The notes beneath the pieces are model-generated. The model worked only from the letters and a program-made list of their open reading frames with translations. It did no database searches and was not told where the DNA came from. Shown in pieces: positions 1-11,371 of a stretch of DNA of 64,000 bases. Source of the DNA: Thermoanaerobaculia bacterium (GTDB taxonomy: Bacteria; Acidobacteriota; Thermoanaerobaculia; UBA5066); contig CAWFJJ010000021.1 of NCBI GenBank assembly GCA_963816185.1, positions 32,001 through 96,000 on the forward strand, given 5' to 3'. The position numbers and the translations under genes were made by a program. Within the stretch, counting starts at the first letter, position 1; each line of letters opens with the position of its first letter.

Positions 1-126
1 GCCGGCGCAAACGTGGTCCTTGCTCTTGTCCTTCTCGGCAGGCTTGTCGTCGGCGAGAAGGGCCTTGCCGGCGACGATGCCCGCGACCGCGGCTCCGAGG
101 GTGCTGGCGAACTGACGACGATTCAT
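1..126 (-). CDS. Small exported protein with twin-arginine-type signal, truncated by window edge (MNRRQFASTLGAAVAGIVAGKALLADDKPAEKDKSKDHVCAG...)
   Basis: Hand translation; ATG at 126, GGAGG RBS at 136-132, NRRQF motif plus hydrophobic stretch; not in ORF track because it runs off the edge. Confidence 0.8.
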   Translation of the reverse strand, partial: MNRRQFASTLGAAVAGIVAGKALLADDKPAEKDKSKDHVCAG

Positions 127-307
127 GTCTGCCTCCTTTTAAGTCCCTGTGGTCTGTGGGGTTGACGCTTCAGATTGCCGACGAAGTGGGGCGTTCTGTA
201 GGTGTATGAGAACGAGATTATGTCTCAGGTTCAACCTATTTCGATACGGACGTCAAGGCCGTCCTGGATCAGCGGTCCGAGCACATGGATGCGGGAAAGG
301 GCCGGTC

Positions 308-2287
308 CTATTCCCCTCCGTTGCGGACATTCCCGCCGACGGCGGTGCGCAGGAGCTCGGCGACGCTCCAGGCCTGGGCCACGCAGCCGCGCGGGCGGTG
401 GGGTGCGTCGCCGTCGAAGAGCTCCGGGATCTGCCCGAGGCCTTCGCCGAGCAGGAAGTCCGCGAGCGGGGTGAGCAGCTCGCGCATCGCCTCGGCGGTC
501 TTCGGCCCTTCCCCGTTCACGCGGCGGAAAGCCGCGGCATAGGCTCCGAGAAGCCACGGCCACGCCGTGCCCTGGTGATAGGCCGAATCCCGTTCCACGG
601 GACCTCCTTCGTAGCGGCCGCGGTACGCCGGGTCACTCGGCGAGAGCGTGCGGAGCCCGTACGGCGTCAGGAGGTGCTCCTCGACGACCGCGAGGACGTG
701 CCGTGCGAGGGACATGGGAACCATCGAGTGGTGCAGGCTCACGGCGAAGAGCTGGTTCGGGCGGATCGAGCGGTCGCGGATCGACTCACCGGGGCCGTCG
801 ACGCAGTCGACGAGGCCTCCCCCCGATCCGAGGTCCTCGGGAAAGATTCTTAGAAAGGAGGATCGGCAGCTCTCCGCGCGTTCCGCATACCCATTCTCAG
901 AAACTCTTTCTCCGATTTTCCCGGCGAAAGCCGCCATGGTCTTCAGCGCGTTGAACCACAGAGCCTGGATCTCGACTGGTTTGCCTTCGCGCGGCGTGAC
1001 AGGGCGGCCGTCGACCCGTGCGTCCATCCACGTCAGCGCCTCGCCTGCGGCGTGCCATTCAAGGAGAGAGTCCGCGCTCACCCGTATGCCGTAGCGGGTG
1101 CCGCGCTCGTGCCATGCGACGATGTCCGCGAGGACCGTGAAGAGGCGTTCGCGGACGAGCCCGAGGTCTCCCGTCGCCTCCACGTACTGCCTCACGGCCT
1201 CGAAGTACCAGAGTGTCGCGTCGATCGTGTTGTATTCGGGCTCCTCTCCCGCGTCCGGGAAACGGTTCGGCAGCATTCCCTGATCCACATGCTCCGAGAA
1301 CGCGAGGAGGATCTCCCGGGCGACCTCCGGCCGGCCGGTCGTCAGCGTGAGGCCCGGCAGCGCGATCATCGCGTCGCGGCCCCAGTCGGAGAACCACGGG
1401 TAGCCTGCGATCACCGTCGTGAGGTCTCCTCGCGCAACGAGGAACTGGTCGGCGGCGCGCGTGAGCGCGCGCACGACTGGGTCGCGTTTACCCCTCGCGG
1501 CGATCGTTTCGCGTCGGGAGGACTCGGATCTTCTTAGAAGGTGAATGTCGGACGCGGCGCGTGGGGAGACGGAAGCAACGAGGTTCGCGGTCCGGCGCGT
1601 CGTGGCGCCTCCGGAGACTTCTTCGAATGAATAGAAGAGGGTCGACGGATGCCACAGATCCTCGGTGAAGTCGAAGCCACGAGCCCTCTCCTCTTCATAC
1701 TCGAAGAATCTGTACCAGTCTCCCGCCTGCTTCGCCACGCCGTCGTGCGCGATGAAGACCTGGGGAAGACCTCTGTATGGAGCAATCCTGACGTTTCCCT
1801 CGGCGATCTCCACCGTCCGATCGAGATCGTCGTTCTCGCGTGTCAGCGCGTGGAAGTCGCGGAAGGCGACGAGCGGGCGCACCTCGAGGCCGATCGGCCC
1901 GACTTGACCGCCCCGCTCGAGAATCCGCCACGTCACGCACACGGTGTTCTCGCCGTGCGGCATGAAGACTTCCTTCTCGACTCCGACGCCGTCGGCCTCG
2001 AAGACCCATGTCGGAAACGGCTCGAGTCGGAAGTCCATCAGGAAGCGGAAGCCCTCGGGGTAAGTCGTGCCGGGGTAGCGATTCGTCGAAAGGTCGATGC
2101 GCCGGCCGCCCACGAGGAGCGTCTCCTCGACTTTCGACAGGAGCACGACGCGGCCGACGGGCGGTTTCGTGGCGGCCACGAGCAGGCCGTGATACCGGCG
2201 CGTGTTCTCGCCGGCGACGGTCGACATCGCGTAGCCGCCGAGGCCGTTCGTCTCGAGCCACTCGCGCCCGTCGGGCCCGGCAGTCAC
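308..2287 (-). CDS. Glycogen debranching enzyme / amylo-alpha-1,6-glucosidase
   Basis: C-terminal part of ORF 308..4861; [55 protein letters not shown]; GTG overlaps upstream TGA. Confidence 0.93.
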   Translation of the reverse strand: MTAGPDGREWLETNGLGGYAMSTVAGENTRRYHGLLVAATKPPVGRVVLLSKVEETLLVGGRRIDLSTNRYPGTTYPEGFRFLMDFRLEPFPTWVFEADGVGVEKEVFMPHGENTVCVTWRILERGGQVGPIGLEVRPLVAFRDFHALTRENDDLDRTVEIAEGNVRIAPYRGLPQVFIAHDGVAKQAGDWYRFFEYEEERARGFDFTEDLWHPSTLFYSFEEVSGGATTRRTANLVASVSPRAASDIHLLRRSESSRRETIAARGKRDPVVRALTRAADQFLVARGDLTTVIAGYPWFSDWGRDAMIALPGLTLTTGRPEVAREILLAFSEHVDQGMLPNRFPDAGEEPEYNTIDATLWYFEAVRQYVEATGDLGLVRERLFTVLADIVAWHERGTRYGIRVSADSLLEWHAAGEALTWMDARVDGRPVTPREGKPVEIQALWFNALKTMAAFAGKIGERVSENGYAERAESCRSSFLRIFPEDLGSGGGLVDCVDGPGESIRDRSIRPNQLFAVSLHHSMVPMSLARHVLAVVEEHLLTPYGLRTLSPSDPAYRGRYEGGPVERDSAYHQGTAWPWLLGAYAAAFRRVNGEGPKTAEAMRELLTPLADFLLGEGLGQIPELFDGDAPHRPRGCVAQAWSVAELLRTAVGGNVRNGGE

Positions 2288-4938
2288 TCGCCGCTCTGCT
2301 GAATGAGCTTCGCGACGAGGCCCGTCCAGCCGGTCTGGTGGCTCGCGCCGATCCCGGCGCCGATGTCGCCGTGGAAGTACTCGTAGAAGAGGACGTACTC
2401 GCGCCAGTGAGGGTCGGTCTGGAACGTCTCGGCACCTCCGTAGACCGGCCGCCGGCCGTTCTCGTCCTTGAGGAAGATGCGCGTGAGGCGGCGTGAGAGC
2501 TCGCCCGCGACGTCCCACAGCGAAGATCTTTCTCCCGAGCGCGCTGGGAACTCGACCCGGAACGAGTCGCCCAGGAAGTGGTGGAACTTCTGGAGCGACT
2601 CGATGATGAGGTAGTTCACGGGGAACCAGACCGGCCCGCGCCAGTTCGAATTGCCGCCGAAGAGGCCGGTCGACGACTCGGCCGGCTCGTAATCCACGCG
2701 GTGCTCCATGCCCATGACGTCGATCACGTACGGATGCTCCTTGTGGAAGCGCGAGAGGGCACGGATGCCGTAGTCGGAGAGGAATTCTCCGGGGTCGAGG
2801 AGGTACGTCAAGACCGAGCGCAGCCGGTCCCGGTTCACGAGTGAGAGGAAGCGGCGCGGGCCGTCGTCCGTCGACACCGTCTCGACGTGCCTCGCGAAGT
2901 CGGGCCGGTTGTCGATGAACCACTGCATCCGCCGCTTGAAGCCCGGCAACCGGTCCACGACCTCGGCTTCCAGCGTCTCCACCGCGAAGAGCGGGATGAG
3001 GCCCACCATCGAACGGATACGTATCGGGAGACGGCCGCCGCCGGGAAGGTGCAGGACGTCGTAATAGAAGCCGTCCTGCTTGTCCCACAGCTCGATGCCT
3101 TCGCCGCCGAGGTCGTTCATGGCGCGCGCGATGTAGACGAAGTGCTCGAAGAATTTGGACGCGACGTCTTCGTAGGCCGAGTCCTCGCGCGACAGCTCGA
3201 GGGCGATCGCGAGCATGTTCAGGCAGTACATGCCCATCCAGCTCGTACCGTCCGACTGCTCGAGGTGGCCGCCGGTGGGCAGAGGAGCGCTGCGGTCGAA
3301 GACGCCGATGTTGTCCAGGCCGAGGAAGCCGCCCTGGAAGACGTTCCGGCCCTCTTCGTCCTTGCGGTTCACCCACCAGGTGAAGTTCAGGAGCAGCTTG
3401 TGGAACACGCGTTCGAGGAAATTGCGGTCCGGCTTGCCGGAGCGTTTCGCGTCGATCTTGTAGACGCGCCACGCGGCCCACGCGTGGACGGGCGGGTTCA
3501 CGTCGCTGAACTTCCACTCGTACGCGGGAAGCTGCCCGTTCGGGTGCATGTACCACTCGCGCAGGAGGAGGATGAGCTGCTGCTTCGCGAAGTCTCCGTC
3601 CACGAGCGCGAGCGGCACCGTGTGGAACGCGAGGTCCCACGCGGCGTACCACGGGTACTCCCACTTGTCCGGCATCGAGATGACGTCGGCGTTGTAGAGA
3701 TGCCCCCATTCGGCGTTCCGGCCGTGTTTCCTCTCCGGCGGAGGCACCGGTTGATCGGGATCGCCTTTGAGCCAGCGCGCGATCTCGAGGCCGTAATACT
3801 GCTTGCTCCACAGGAGGCCGCCGAACGACTGGCGCATGACGCTCTTCGCGTCGTCCGAGACGTCGTCCGGGATCACGTTCGCGTAGAAGGCGTCCGCTTC
3901 CGCGCGGCGCACGGCCAGAATGGCGTCGAAACCGGGGTCGAACGGCTCGGGCGGATTCGCGTCCGTCAGGCGCAGCCGGATCTTCTTCGAGCCGCCTGCC
4001 GGAACGTCGAGCCGGTACCACGCCGCCACTTTCGTGCCGAAAGCCGCGGGATTCACCGCCTCCTTGACGCCGTGAACGACGCGTTCGTGGAACGCGTCTT
4101 TCACGAACGGCCCGTCGTTCTCGGTGCCGAAGAGGCGCCGGTTGTTCGTCTCGTTCTCGGTGAAGAGAAGCTCCGGCGCGTCCTCGGCATACAGCATGCG
4201 GTCGCCGTAAGCGGGGTGCGCGATCGCGACCGCCGCAGCGCCCGCCGGCCCCTCGGCTTTGCGAGCGCGCGGCTTTCGCGCGTCGAGGCCCCACGACCAC
4301 GTGTTGCGGAACCAGAGCGTCGGAAGCAGGTGGAGCGGCGCCGTCTCGGGGCCGCGATTGAAGGCCTCGATCTCGACGAGGATGTCCTCGGGCGAAGCCT
4401 TCGCATACGTCACGAAGACGTCGAAGTAGCGGCTCTCGCGGAAGGCGCCGGTGTCGAGGAGCTCGTATTCCAGCTCCCGCCTGCCGCGCCGGCGGTTCTC
4501 CGCGCGCAGCTCTGAATAGGGAAACTCGGCCTGCGGATACTTGTACAGCATCCGCATGTACGAGTGCGTCGGCGTGGAGTCGAGATAGAAGTAGTACTCC
4601 TTCACGTCCTCGCCGTGGTTTCCCTCGGAGCCGTTGAGGCCGAAGAGGCGCTCCTTCAGGTACGGGTCCACTCCGTTCCAAAGGGCGAGCGCGAAGCAGA
4701 GGCTCGCGTGTCGGTCGGAGATGCCGGCGATGCCGTCCTCTCCCCAGCGATACGCGCGCGAGCGCGCCATGTCGTGCGGGAGGTAATCCCAGGCCGAGCC
4801 GTCGGGGCTGTAGTCCTCGCGGACGGTGCCCCACTGTCGCTCGGAGAGATACGGCCCCCACCGCTTCCAGTTCTTCTTGCGGACGCGGTCTTCCGCGAGG
4901 CGGAGCGACTCCGGATCCGGCGCTTTCGACTCGGTCAT
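2284..4938 (-). CDS. GH63-like (MGH1-like) glucosidase
   Basis: [57 protein letters not shown] motifs. Confidence 0.93.
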   Translation of the reverse strand: MTESKAPDPESLRLAEDRVRKKNWKRWGPYLSERQWGTVREDYSPDGSAWDYLPHDMARSRAYRWGEDGIAGISDRHASLCFALALWNGVDPYLKERLFGLNGSEGNHGEDVKEYYFYLDSTPTHSYMRMLYKYPQAEFPYSELRAENRRRGRRELEYELLDTGAFRESRYFDVFVTYAKASPEDILVEIEAFNRGPETAPLHLLPTLWFRNTWSWGLDARKPRARKAEGPAGAAAVAIAHPAYGDRMLYAEDAPELLFTENETNNRRLFGTENDGPFVKDAFHERVVHGVKEAVNPAAFGTKVAAWYRLDVPAGGSKKIRLRLTDANPPEPFDPGFDAILAVRRAEADAFYANVIPDDVSDDAKSVMRQSFGGLLWSKQYYGLEIARWLKGDPDQPVPPPERKHGRNAEWGHLYNADVISMPDKWEYPWYAAWDLAFHTVPLALVDGDFAKQQLILLLREWYMHPNGQLPAYEWKFSDVNPPVHAWAAWRVYKIDAKRSGKPDRNFLERVFHKLLLNFTWWVNRKDEEGRNVFQGGFLGLDNIGVFDRSAPLPTGGHLEQSDGTSWMGMYCLNMLAIALELSREDSAYEDVASKFFEHFVYIARAMNDLGGEGIELWDKQDGFYYDVLHLPGGGRLPIRIRSMVGLIPLFAVETLEAEVVDRLPGFKRRMQWFIDNRPDFARHVETVSTDDGPRRFLSLVNRDRLRSVLTYLLDPGEFLSDYGIRALSRFHKEHPYVIDVMGMEHRVDYEPAESSTGLFGGNSNWRGPVWFPVNYLIIESLQKFHHFLGDSFRVEFPARSGERSSLWDVAGELSRRLTRIFLKDENGRRPVYGGAETFQTDPHWREYVLFYEYFHGDIGAGIGASHQTGWTGLVAKLIQQSGE

Positions 4939-4950
4939 GACCTCAAAATC

Positions 4951-5685
4951 TTATCGCCGCGGCCCGCGCGAGACGACCCTGAGGAACGCCTCGAGGTGAG
5001 TGTCGGCCGGACGCGCGCGCAGCTCGGCTGGCGTGCCAGCCTGCGCGACCTTCCCGTCGAGAAGTACCACGAGGTGCTCGGCCAGGGCGAACGCTTCCGG
5101 CTGGTCGTGCGTGACGAGGAGAGTGGTCAACCCGGTCTCGTCGTGAAGCCTCAGCAGCCACTCGCCGAGCTCGAGCCGGACGAGCGCGTCGAGGGCGCCG
5201 AACGGCTCGTCGAGGAGGAGGACGCGCGGATTCACCGCGAGCGCGCGGGCGAAGGCCACCCGCTGTCGCTGGCCGCCGGATAGCTCCGACGGGCGGCGGT
5301 CTCCGAAGCCGTCGAGCTGAACGCGGTGGAGGAGCTCGTCCGCCCGCTCTCCCGCCTCTTGGCGCGGAACGTGCCTCACGCGCAGGCCGAAGACCACGTT
5401 CTCTCGCACGGAGAGGTGTCCGAACAGCGCATAGCCCTGGAACACGAAGCCGACTCCCCGCTTTTGGACCGGCACGTCCGTCACGTCCTCGCCGTGAAGG
5501 AGAACTCGGCCCGCATCCGGCTCCTCGAGCCCCGCGATCAGCCGGAGCACCGTCGACTTCCCGGCTCCGGACGGACCCAGGATCCCCGTGATCGAGCCTG
5601 TGGGTGCGGTGAACGACACGCCCCCGACGGCCGGAGGCCCGTCGGGGGTGAAGCGGCGCCTGAGATCCTTCACGACGACGCTCAT
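4951..5685 (-). CDS. cysA: Sulfate ABC transporter ATP-binding subunit (short, no C-terminal extension)
   Basis: [27 protein letters not shown]; ATG overlaps permease stop. Confidence 0.9.
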   Translation of the reverse strand: MSVVVKDLRRRFTPDGPPAVGGVSFTAPTGSITGILGPSGAGKSTVLRLIAGLEEPDAGRVLLHGEDVTDVPVQKRGVGFVFQGYALFGHLSVRENVVFGLRVRHVPRQEAGERADELLHRVQLDGFGDRRPSELSGGQRQRVAFARALAVNPRVLLLDEPFGALDALVRLELGEWLLRLHDETGLTTLLVTHDQPEAFALAEHLVVLLDGKVAQAGTPAELRARPADTHLEAFLRVVSRGPRR

Positions 5686-7355
5686 GCCGCCCTCACCCGC
5701 GTTTCCTCGAGCTTCCGAGCCGCGAGCGTGACGACGGCGAGGAAGGTGAGAAGCGATGCGACCGCGAACGCGCCCGTGAAGTCGTACTCGTTGTAGAGGA
5801 TCTCCACGTGGAGGGGCAACGTGTTCGTCACGCCGCGAATGTGTCCGGACACGACTGAGACGGCGCCGAACTCTCCCATCGCGCGCGCGTTGCACAGAAC
5901 GGCGCCGTAGAGAAGCCCCCAGCGCGCCTTCGGGAGCGTCACGCGAAAGAACGTCTGCCAGCCGCTGGCTCCGAGCGTGAGCGCGGCCTCCTCCTCTTCG
6001 TTGCCCTGCGCCTCGAGCACCGCGAGCACCTCGCGCGCCACGAACGGAAATGTGACGAAGACCGTGGCGAGGACGATGCCCGGGACGGCAAAGATGATCT
6101 TCCAGTCGTGTGACGCGAGAAAGGGTCCGAGGAATCCCTGGCGCCCGAACAGCAGGACGAAGACGAGACCGGCGATGACCGGAGAGACCGCGAACGGGAG
6201 GTCGATGAGGGAGACGAGGAGGCCTTTTCCGCGGAATCGGAACTTCGCGACGAGCCACGCGGCGACCACCCCGAAGACGAGGTGCAGCGGCACCGCGATC
6301 GCGGCCGTGAGGAGAGTGAGCCGGATCGCGGCGAGGGCGGCGGGCTGTGTAATCGCCGCGAGGTAGCCCGCCGGCCCTTTCGCGAGCGCCTGCACGAAGA
6401 CGGCCGCGAGCGGCACGAAGAGGAAGAGCGCGAGAAAGAGAAACGCAGCCGACAGGAGGCCTCGCCGGAGAAGCGGCGCGTCCGCGAGCGCGGGGGCGAG
6501 CCGGAAGCCGCGCCCGATCACGGTGGACGCGCCGGCTCGACGCCGCGTCCAGCGCTGCAGGGCGTTGGTCGTGAACACGAGGACGAAGGACGTCACGAGG
6601 AGGACGAGCGCGATCGCCGTGGCGCCGTCCGTGTCGTACTGCTCGAGCTTCGTGACGATGAGAAGCGGGGCGATTTCCGTGCGAAAGGGCATGTTGCCCG
6701 ACACGAACACGATCGAGCCGTACTCGCCGAGCGCCCGCGCGAAGGCGAGCGTGAACCCCGTCAGGAGCGGCGGGAGAACGTTCGGGAAAACGATGCGCAC
6801 GAACGTTTGCAGCCGCGAGGCGCCGAGAACGGCCGCCGCCTCTTCCAGCTCCGCGTCGAGATCCTCGAGGACGGGCTGGACCGTCCGGACGACGAAGGGG
6901 AGACCGACGAACGTGAGCGCGAGGATGACGCCGGCGGGCGTGAAGGCCACCTTCAGGCCGAGCGGCTCGAGGAAGCGTCCGAGCCAGCCGTGGCTGGAGT
7001 AAAGGGCCGTGAGCGTAAGGCCGGCGACGGCCGTGGGGAGCGCGAAGGGAAGATCCACGATCGCGTCGACGAAGGAGCGCCCCGGAAAGGGGTATCGGGC
7101 GAGCACCCAGGCGAGGAGGAGGCCGAAGACTGCGTTGAGAAGCGCGGCGGCGAGCGCCGCTCCGAAGCTCAGGCGGTAAGCCGCCAACGCGCGCGGCGCC
7201 GTCACGATGCGGAGGAACTCCGCCGAGGAGAGGCCAGCCGTCTTCACGAAAAGGGCGGCGAGCGGCACGAGGACGAGGAGGCCGACGTAGAAAAGGGTCA
7301 CGCCGAGAGCCGGTCCGAACCCGGGCAGCACTCCGTGCCGGCGGGCGCTTCTCAT
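5682..7355 (-). CDS. Fused sulfate ABC permease CysT-CysW
   Basis: Two permease halves in one ORF ([13 protein letters not shown]...LGEYGS; [13 protein letters not shown]...[12 protein letters not shown]); ATG 7355 overlaps sbp stop. Confidence 0.9.
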   Translation of the reverse strand: MRSARRHGVLPGFGPALGVTLFYVGLLVLVPLAALFVKTAGLSSAEFLRIVTAPRALAAYRLSFGAALAAALLNAVFGLLLAWVLARYPFPGRSFVDAIVDLPFALPTAVAGLTLTALYSSHGWLGRFLEPLGLKVAFTPAGVILALTFVGLPFVVRTVQPVLEDLDAELEEAAAVLGASRLQTFVRIVFPNVLPPLLTGFTLAFARALGEYGSIVFVSGNMPFRTEIAPLLIVTKLEQYDTDGATAIALVLLVTSFVLVFTTNALQRWTRRRAGASTVIGRGFRLAPALADAPLLRRGLLSAAFLFLALFLFVPLAAVFVQALAKGPAGYLAAITQPAALAAIRLTLLTAAIAVPLHLVFGVVAAWLVAKFRFRGKGLLVSLIDLPFAVSPVIAGLVFVLLFGRQGFLGPFLASHDWKIIFAVPGIVLATVFVTFPFVAREVLAVLEAQGNEEEEAALTLGASGWQTFFRVTLPKARWGLLYGAVLCNARAMGEFGAVSVVSGHIRGVTNTLPLHVEILYNEYDFTGAFAVASLLTFLAVVTLAARKLEETRVRAA

Positions 7356-8473
7356 CGGCCGGGCTGGTAGAGCTGGTCGAACGTGCCGTCGTCGTCGAAG
7401 TGGATCTTCTGGGCCCGGCCCCATCCGCCAAACACGTCATCGATCGTGAAAAGGGAGACTTTCGAGAAGTCGCCGGCGCGGGCGGCGGCAACCTTCGCAC
7501 TCCCCGGCCGGAAGTGATGCTTCGCGGCGATTGCCTGCGCCTCGTCCGTGTAAAGGAACTCGAGGTAGGCCTGCGCCGCGGCGCGCGTGGCGTGCTTGTC
7601 GGCGTTCCGGTCCACGAGGGCGACGGGCGGCTCGGCGAGGATGCTCACGGACGGGACGACGATCTCGAAACGCCCCTTGCCGACATCGTTCGTCAAGAGG
7701 AGCGCCTCGTTCTCCCAGGCGATGAGGACGTCGCCGAGGCCGCGCTCGGCGAATGTCGTCGTGGAACCACGAGCGCCCGCGTCGAGAACGGAGACGTTCC
7801 GGAAAAGAGCGAAGAGGAAGTCGCGCGCCGTCCTTTCGCTTCCGCCGGTTCGCTTCATCGCGTACCCCCAGGCCGCGAGGTAATTCCATCGCGCGCCGCC
7901 GGAGGTCTTCGGATTCGGCGTGATGACCGCAATCCCGGGCTTCGCGAGATCTTCCCAATCCCGGATCTTCTTCGGGTTCCCCGAGCGGACGACGAAGACG
8001 ATCGTGGAAGTGAAGGGGGCGCTGTTCCTCGGAAGGCGCGCCTGCCATGTCTTCGGCAGGAGGCCCGACCGCGACGCGATCGCGTCGATGTCTCCCGAGA
8101 GCGCGAGGGTCACGACGTCGGCCTCGAGGCCGTCGATGACGGAACGAGCCTGCTTGCCCGACCCGCCATGCGACTGGTTGATCGTGACCTTCTGGCCGGT
8201 CCTGGCGGACCAGGCCTTCGCGAACGCGGCGTTGATCTCCTCGTACAGCTCGCGCGTCGGGTCGTACGAGACGTTCAGGAGAGTCGCGGCAGGTGACGCG
8301 GCGAGTAGGGAATACGAACGCACCGAGGACGAAGACCAAGAGGAATGGAAGATTTCTGCGAATGAAAGAACAGCGAGGGTGGCCAGAGCGCCAAGGAAGA
8401 CGTGGCGGCGCTGGCCGCGAGACCAGACCCGAGGCAAGCCGTGAATTTGGAGGAAACGAACGAACGTCGCCAT
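7352..8473 (-). CDS. sbp: Sulfate-binding periplasmic protein
   Basis: [39 protein letters not shown]. Confidence 0.95.
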   Translation of the reverse strand: MATFVRFLQIHGLPRVWSRGQRRHVFLGALATLAVLSFAEIFHSSWSSSSVRSYSLLAASPAATLLNVSYDPTRELYEEINAAFAKAWSARTGQKVTINQSHGGSGKQARSVIDGLEADVVTLALSGDIDAIASRSGLLPKTWQARLPRNSAPFTSTIVFVVRSGNPKKIRDWEDLAKPGIAVITPNPKTSGGARWNYLAAWGYAMKRTGGSERTARDFLFALFRNVSVLDAGARGSTTTFAERGLGDVLIAWENEALLLTNDVGKGRFEIVVPSVSILAEPPVALVDRNADKHATRAAAQAYLEFLYTDEAQAIAAKHHFRPGSAKVAAARAGDFSKVSLFTIDDVFGGWGRAQKIHFDDDGTFDQLYQPGR

Positions 8474-8527
8474 GGCCTATTACCTTCTGAGAAATCTTTC
8501 TCTCTCTGTTCTTCGTTCTTATATTAT

Positions 8528-8552
8528 TTACCCCACTGAGTTAGTCAAGTAT
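8528..8552. promoter_or_regulatory. Probable Rrf2 operator (IscR type-1-like box) in divergent sbp/rrf2 region
   Basis: Minus strand reads ATACTTGACTAACTCAGTGGGGTAA, close to ATASYYGACTRwwwYAGTCRRSTAT. Confidence 0.65.
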
Positions 8553-8574
8553 TATTGACGGAGGGAAATCAGCC

Positions 8575-8976
8575 ATGAAGCTCACCCGGCGAAGCGAGTA
8601 CGCGCTCCTCGCGCTCGTTCACCTTGCGCGCGTCGAGGGGAAGGGTTACGTCGGCGTCGCCGCGATGGCCGAGGCGCAGGATCTGCCCGCGAGATTCCTC
8701 GAGCAGCTCCTGATGGCGCTCAAGCACGCGCGGCTCGTGCAGAGCCAGAAGGGGCCGCACGGCGGATACCGGCTCGCTCGGCCGGCCGGCGAGATTTCGC
8801 TTGCCGAGGTCATCCGCCTTCTGGACGGCGCCCTCGCGCCGACCGAATCCGTGAGCACGTACTTTTACGAGCCGACGCCCGTGGAGAGGGAGAAGAGGCT
8901 CCTCCGCGTCTTCAAGGAGATCCGCGACCTCGTTTCGGCCCGGCTGGAAAAGACGACCCTCGCCGACGTGCGCTGA
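8575..8976 (+). CDS. Rrf2-family regulator (cysteine-free, CymR-like)
   Basis: SEYALLAL, FLEQLL, SQKGPHGGYRLARP, ISLAEVIR; no Fe-S Cys ligands. Confidence 0.92.
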   Translation: MKLTRRSEYALLALVHLARVEGKGYVGVAAMAEAQDLPARFLEQLLMALKHARLVQSQKGPHGGYRLARPAGEISLAEVIRLLDGALAPTESVSTYFYEPTPVEREKRLLRVFKEIRDLVSARLEKTTLADVR

Positions 8977-8992
8977 AGGATTTGCGTGGGCC

Positions 8993-9021
8993 TTGACATT
9001 GTACTAGTTGACTAGTATATT
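8993..9021 (+). promoter_or_regulatory. Sigma70 promoter TTGACA-17-TATATT with palindromic operator TACTAGT-TG-ACTAGTA (9002-9017)
   Basis: Read directly; operator typical of YtrA-subfamily GntR autoregulation; ATG 6 nt after -10. Confidence 0.85.
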
Positions 9022-9027
9022 AACGGC

Positions 9028-9420
9028 ATGGGAAGCGTTCCCTTCCGGCTCGATCAGGCTTCCGGCGTGCCGTTCTACCGCCAGGTCATCGACCAGGTCC
9101 TCCTCGCCGTCGCGGACGGGCGCCTGACGCCCGGGACGCAGCTCCCCACGGTGCGCCAGCTCGCGGTGGACCTTTCCGTGAACCTCAACACGATCGCGCG
9201 GGCCTACCGGGAGATGGAGATCCGGGGAATCGTCGAGACGCAACAGGGCACCGGCACGTTCGTCGCTCACCGTAAGCCCGAGAAGCGCACGGCGGAGCGC
9301 CGGAAAGCTCTCGAGCGCCTCGTCGACCAGTTCCTCTCTCTCGCGACCGCGCAGGGATTCACATCCGATGAGTTTGCCGACGCTCTTCTCGGGAAAACCG
9401 AGGAAGGCGGCAGGAGGTAG
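9028..9420 (+). CDS. GntR-family regulator (YtrA subfamily)
   Basis: PFYRQV, LPTVRQLA, NLNTIARAYRE, QGTGTFV; short C-terminus. Confidence 0.93.
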   Translation: MGSVPFRLDQASGVPFYRQVIDQVLLAVADGRLTPGTQLPTVRQLAVDLSVNLNTIARAYREMEIRGIVETQQGTGTFVAHRKPEKRTAERRKALERLVDQFLSLATAQGFTSDEFADALLGKTEEGGRR

Positions 9421-9424
9421 CCCC

Positions 9425-10411
9425 ATGCTCGTCAGATCGATCCGTCGGCTTGCCGAAAAGGCGAAGGCGGAGGCAAGCATCCCCATGGAGCCGCGGAGGT
9501 CCGCTTCGGACAGGCGGCACCGCGAGAGCGAGAAAGACCTGCAGGCGCGCCGTTACGTCAGCGGCGTGAGTCTGCTCGCGTTCTGCCTCTCGCTCGCGGC
9601 CGGAGGCATCTTCGCGGGGATCACCGGCTCTCCGATCCCGTTCGTGGCGGCCGTTCTCGTCGGGATCGTCCTTCTGTTCTCTCTGAAGGTCGCAAACCAG
9701 TGGGAGCGAGCCGTCGTCCTGCGATTCGGGCGCTTCGTCGGCCTCAAGGGCCCCGGTCTCTTCGTCCTCGTCCCCGTCGTGGACCAGATCTCGCAGCTCG
9801 TGGACCAGCGCGTTCGTGTGACGGACGTTTCGGCGGAGTCCGCGCTCACGAAGGACACGGTCCCGGTGAACGTGGACGCGATCGTCTTCTGGACGGTGTG
9901 GGACGCACAGAAGGCCGTCCTCGAGGTCGCCGACTTCCTCGACGCGATCGCTCTCTCCGCGCAGACCGCTCTCCGCGAGACGATCGGCCGGCACATGCTC
10001 GCCGAGATGATCACGGAGCGCGAGCGGCTGGGAAAGCAGCTCCAGTCGATCCTCGACGAGAAGACGAACCCGTGGGGGATCACGGTGCAATCCGTCGAGA
10101 TCCGCGACGTGAAGATTCCTGCCGAGCTCGAGGATGCGATGTCGCGTCAGGCCCAGGCGGAACGCGAGCGACAGGCCCGCATCATCCTCGGAACGGCCGA
10201 GACCGAGATCGCCGAGCGGTTCGTGGCCGCGGGCGATGCCTACAAGGACCGCCCGCTCGCCCTCCATCTCCGAGCCATGAACATGCTCTACGAGGCCATC
10301 AAGGAGAAAGGCTCCATGGTCATCGTGCCGTCCAGCGCGGTCGAGACGATGGGCCTCGGCGGTCTCGCCGGGATGACGGCGCTCGGCCAGAAGAACCCGG
10401 CGGGGGAGTAG
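9425..10411 (+). CDS. SPFH/stomatin-like (slipin) membrane protein
   Basis: QWERAVVLRFG, TKDTVPVNVDA, AQTALRE, MSRQAQAERE; ATG 9425 follows AGGAGG. Confidence 0.92.
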   Translation: MLVRSIRRLAEKAKAEASIPMEPRRSASDRRHRESEKDLQARRYVSGVSLLAFCLSLAAGGIFAGITGSPIPFVAAVLVGIVLLFSLKVANQWERAVVLRFGRFVGLKGPGLFVLVPVVDQISQLVDQRVRVTDVSAESALTKDTVPVNVDAIVFWTVWDAQKAVLEVADFLDAIALSAQTALRETIGRHMLAEMITERERLGKQLQSILDEKTNPWGITVQSVEIRDVKIPAELEDAMSRQAQAERERQARIILGTAETEIAERFVAAGDAYKDRPLALHLRAMNMLYEAIKEKGSMVIVPSSAVETMGLGGLAGMTALGQKNPAGE

Positions 10412-10436
10412 GAAGACCGGGAGAGAGGAAGCCGTC

Positions 10437-10937
10437 GTGAGACAGCTGTTCGTCACGGTCAGGGCGCTGGTCTATGCGACGGGCTTCATATCCCTCTGGG
10501 GTTGGTTCGTGGCGACGGCCGTGCGTCTCGATCGGGCGGCCGGACGTGCGTTGCCGGCCGTTCCCGGGCTGCCTGAGGTCGGCATGACGCTCGCCATCGC
10601 CGGCGGCTTCCTCGCGTTGACCTGCGCGGTGCTCTTCGTCGCGCGCGGTGAGGGGACGCCCGCCCCGTTCGACGCTCCGAAGCGTTTCGTCGCGTCCGGT
10701 CCCTACCGCTTCGTGCGCAACCCGATGTACGTCGGCGCGATCACGCTGCTCGTCGGCCTCAGTCTCGTCCTCGACGCGCCATCCGTCTTCGGGGTCGCAT
10801 TCGTAGCGTTCTTCTTCTCCAACCTCTTCGTGGTCCTCGTGGAAGAGCCGGGCCTCACGCGCCGGTTCGGAGAGAGCTACCTCGCGTACAGGCGTGCGAC
10901 GAACCGGTGGATCCCGCGCGTTCCACGCGCTGTCTAG
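10437..10937 (+). CDS. Isoprenylcysteine carboxyl methyltransferase (ICMT/PEMT) family membrane protein
   Basis: GTPAPFD, GPYRFVRNPMY, EEPGLTRRFGESY. Confidence 0.88.
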   Translation: MRQLFVTVRALVYATGFISLWGWFVATAVRLDRAAGRALPAVPGLPEVGMTLAIAGGFLALTCAVLFVARGEGTPAPFDAPKRFVASGPYRFVRNPMYVGAITLLVGLSLVLDAPSVFGVAFVAFFFSNLFVVLVEEPGLTRRFGESYLAYRRATNRWIPRVPRAV

Positions 10938-11371
10938 CCGGGGGAGATCTCCTCGTCCGGTCGCTTCTTCAGAAGGTGCGCGGCATAGGCGATGACGTAG
11001 ACGACGCCGAGCGCGGCGTGGATCCGCCCCGTCCACTGCCGCGCCAAGTCGCCCGTGAGGGCCTGGATGAGGGCGCCGGTGAGGATCATCGGCGCTGCAA
11101 GGGCAAGGAGACCTGAGCCGCTCGCGCGGCCGGGGTCCGTTCCGCTCTTCAGTCGCGCAAGCGCGTGGCCGCTGAAGATGAGGCCGAGGGCGAAGACGAG
11201 GAAGGGCGCCGCGAGGATGTGGAGCTTGAGCATGGGCTGCTGCCACGGATGCCCGACTCGCGAATCGGGGTCCGAACCCGTCAGGAAGTACTTCATGACG
11301 CCGTATGCGATCCCGGAGAGCCCGACGAAGGCACACGCGATGTGATTCAAGACGGCCGCCCCGCGCTTCAC
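10934..11371 (-). CDS. Small ~4-TM His-rich membrane protein (possible heme b binding, DUF4405-like)
   Basis: Four hydrophobic helices with His in NHI, LHI, GHA, IHA, AHL; overlaps FMN-binding gene stop. Confidence 0.65.
   Translation of the reverse strand: MKRGAAVLNHIACAFVGLSGIAYGVMKYFLTGSDPDSRVGHPWQQPMLKLHILAAPFLVFALGLIFSGHALARLKSGTDPGRASGSGLLALAAPMILTGALIQALTGDLARQWTGRIHAALGVVYVIAYAAHLLKKRPDEEISPG

Noticed and set aside
308-4861. Apparent 1517-aa fusion ORF
   Set aside because: The upstream two-thirds is an off-frame shadow of the GH63 gene; the real gene starts at GTG 2287
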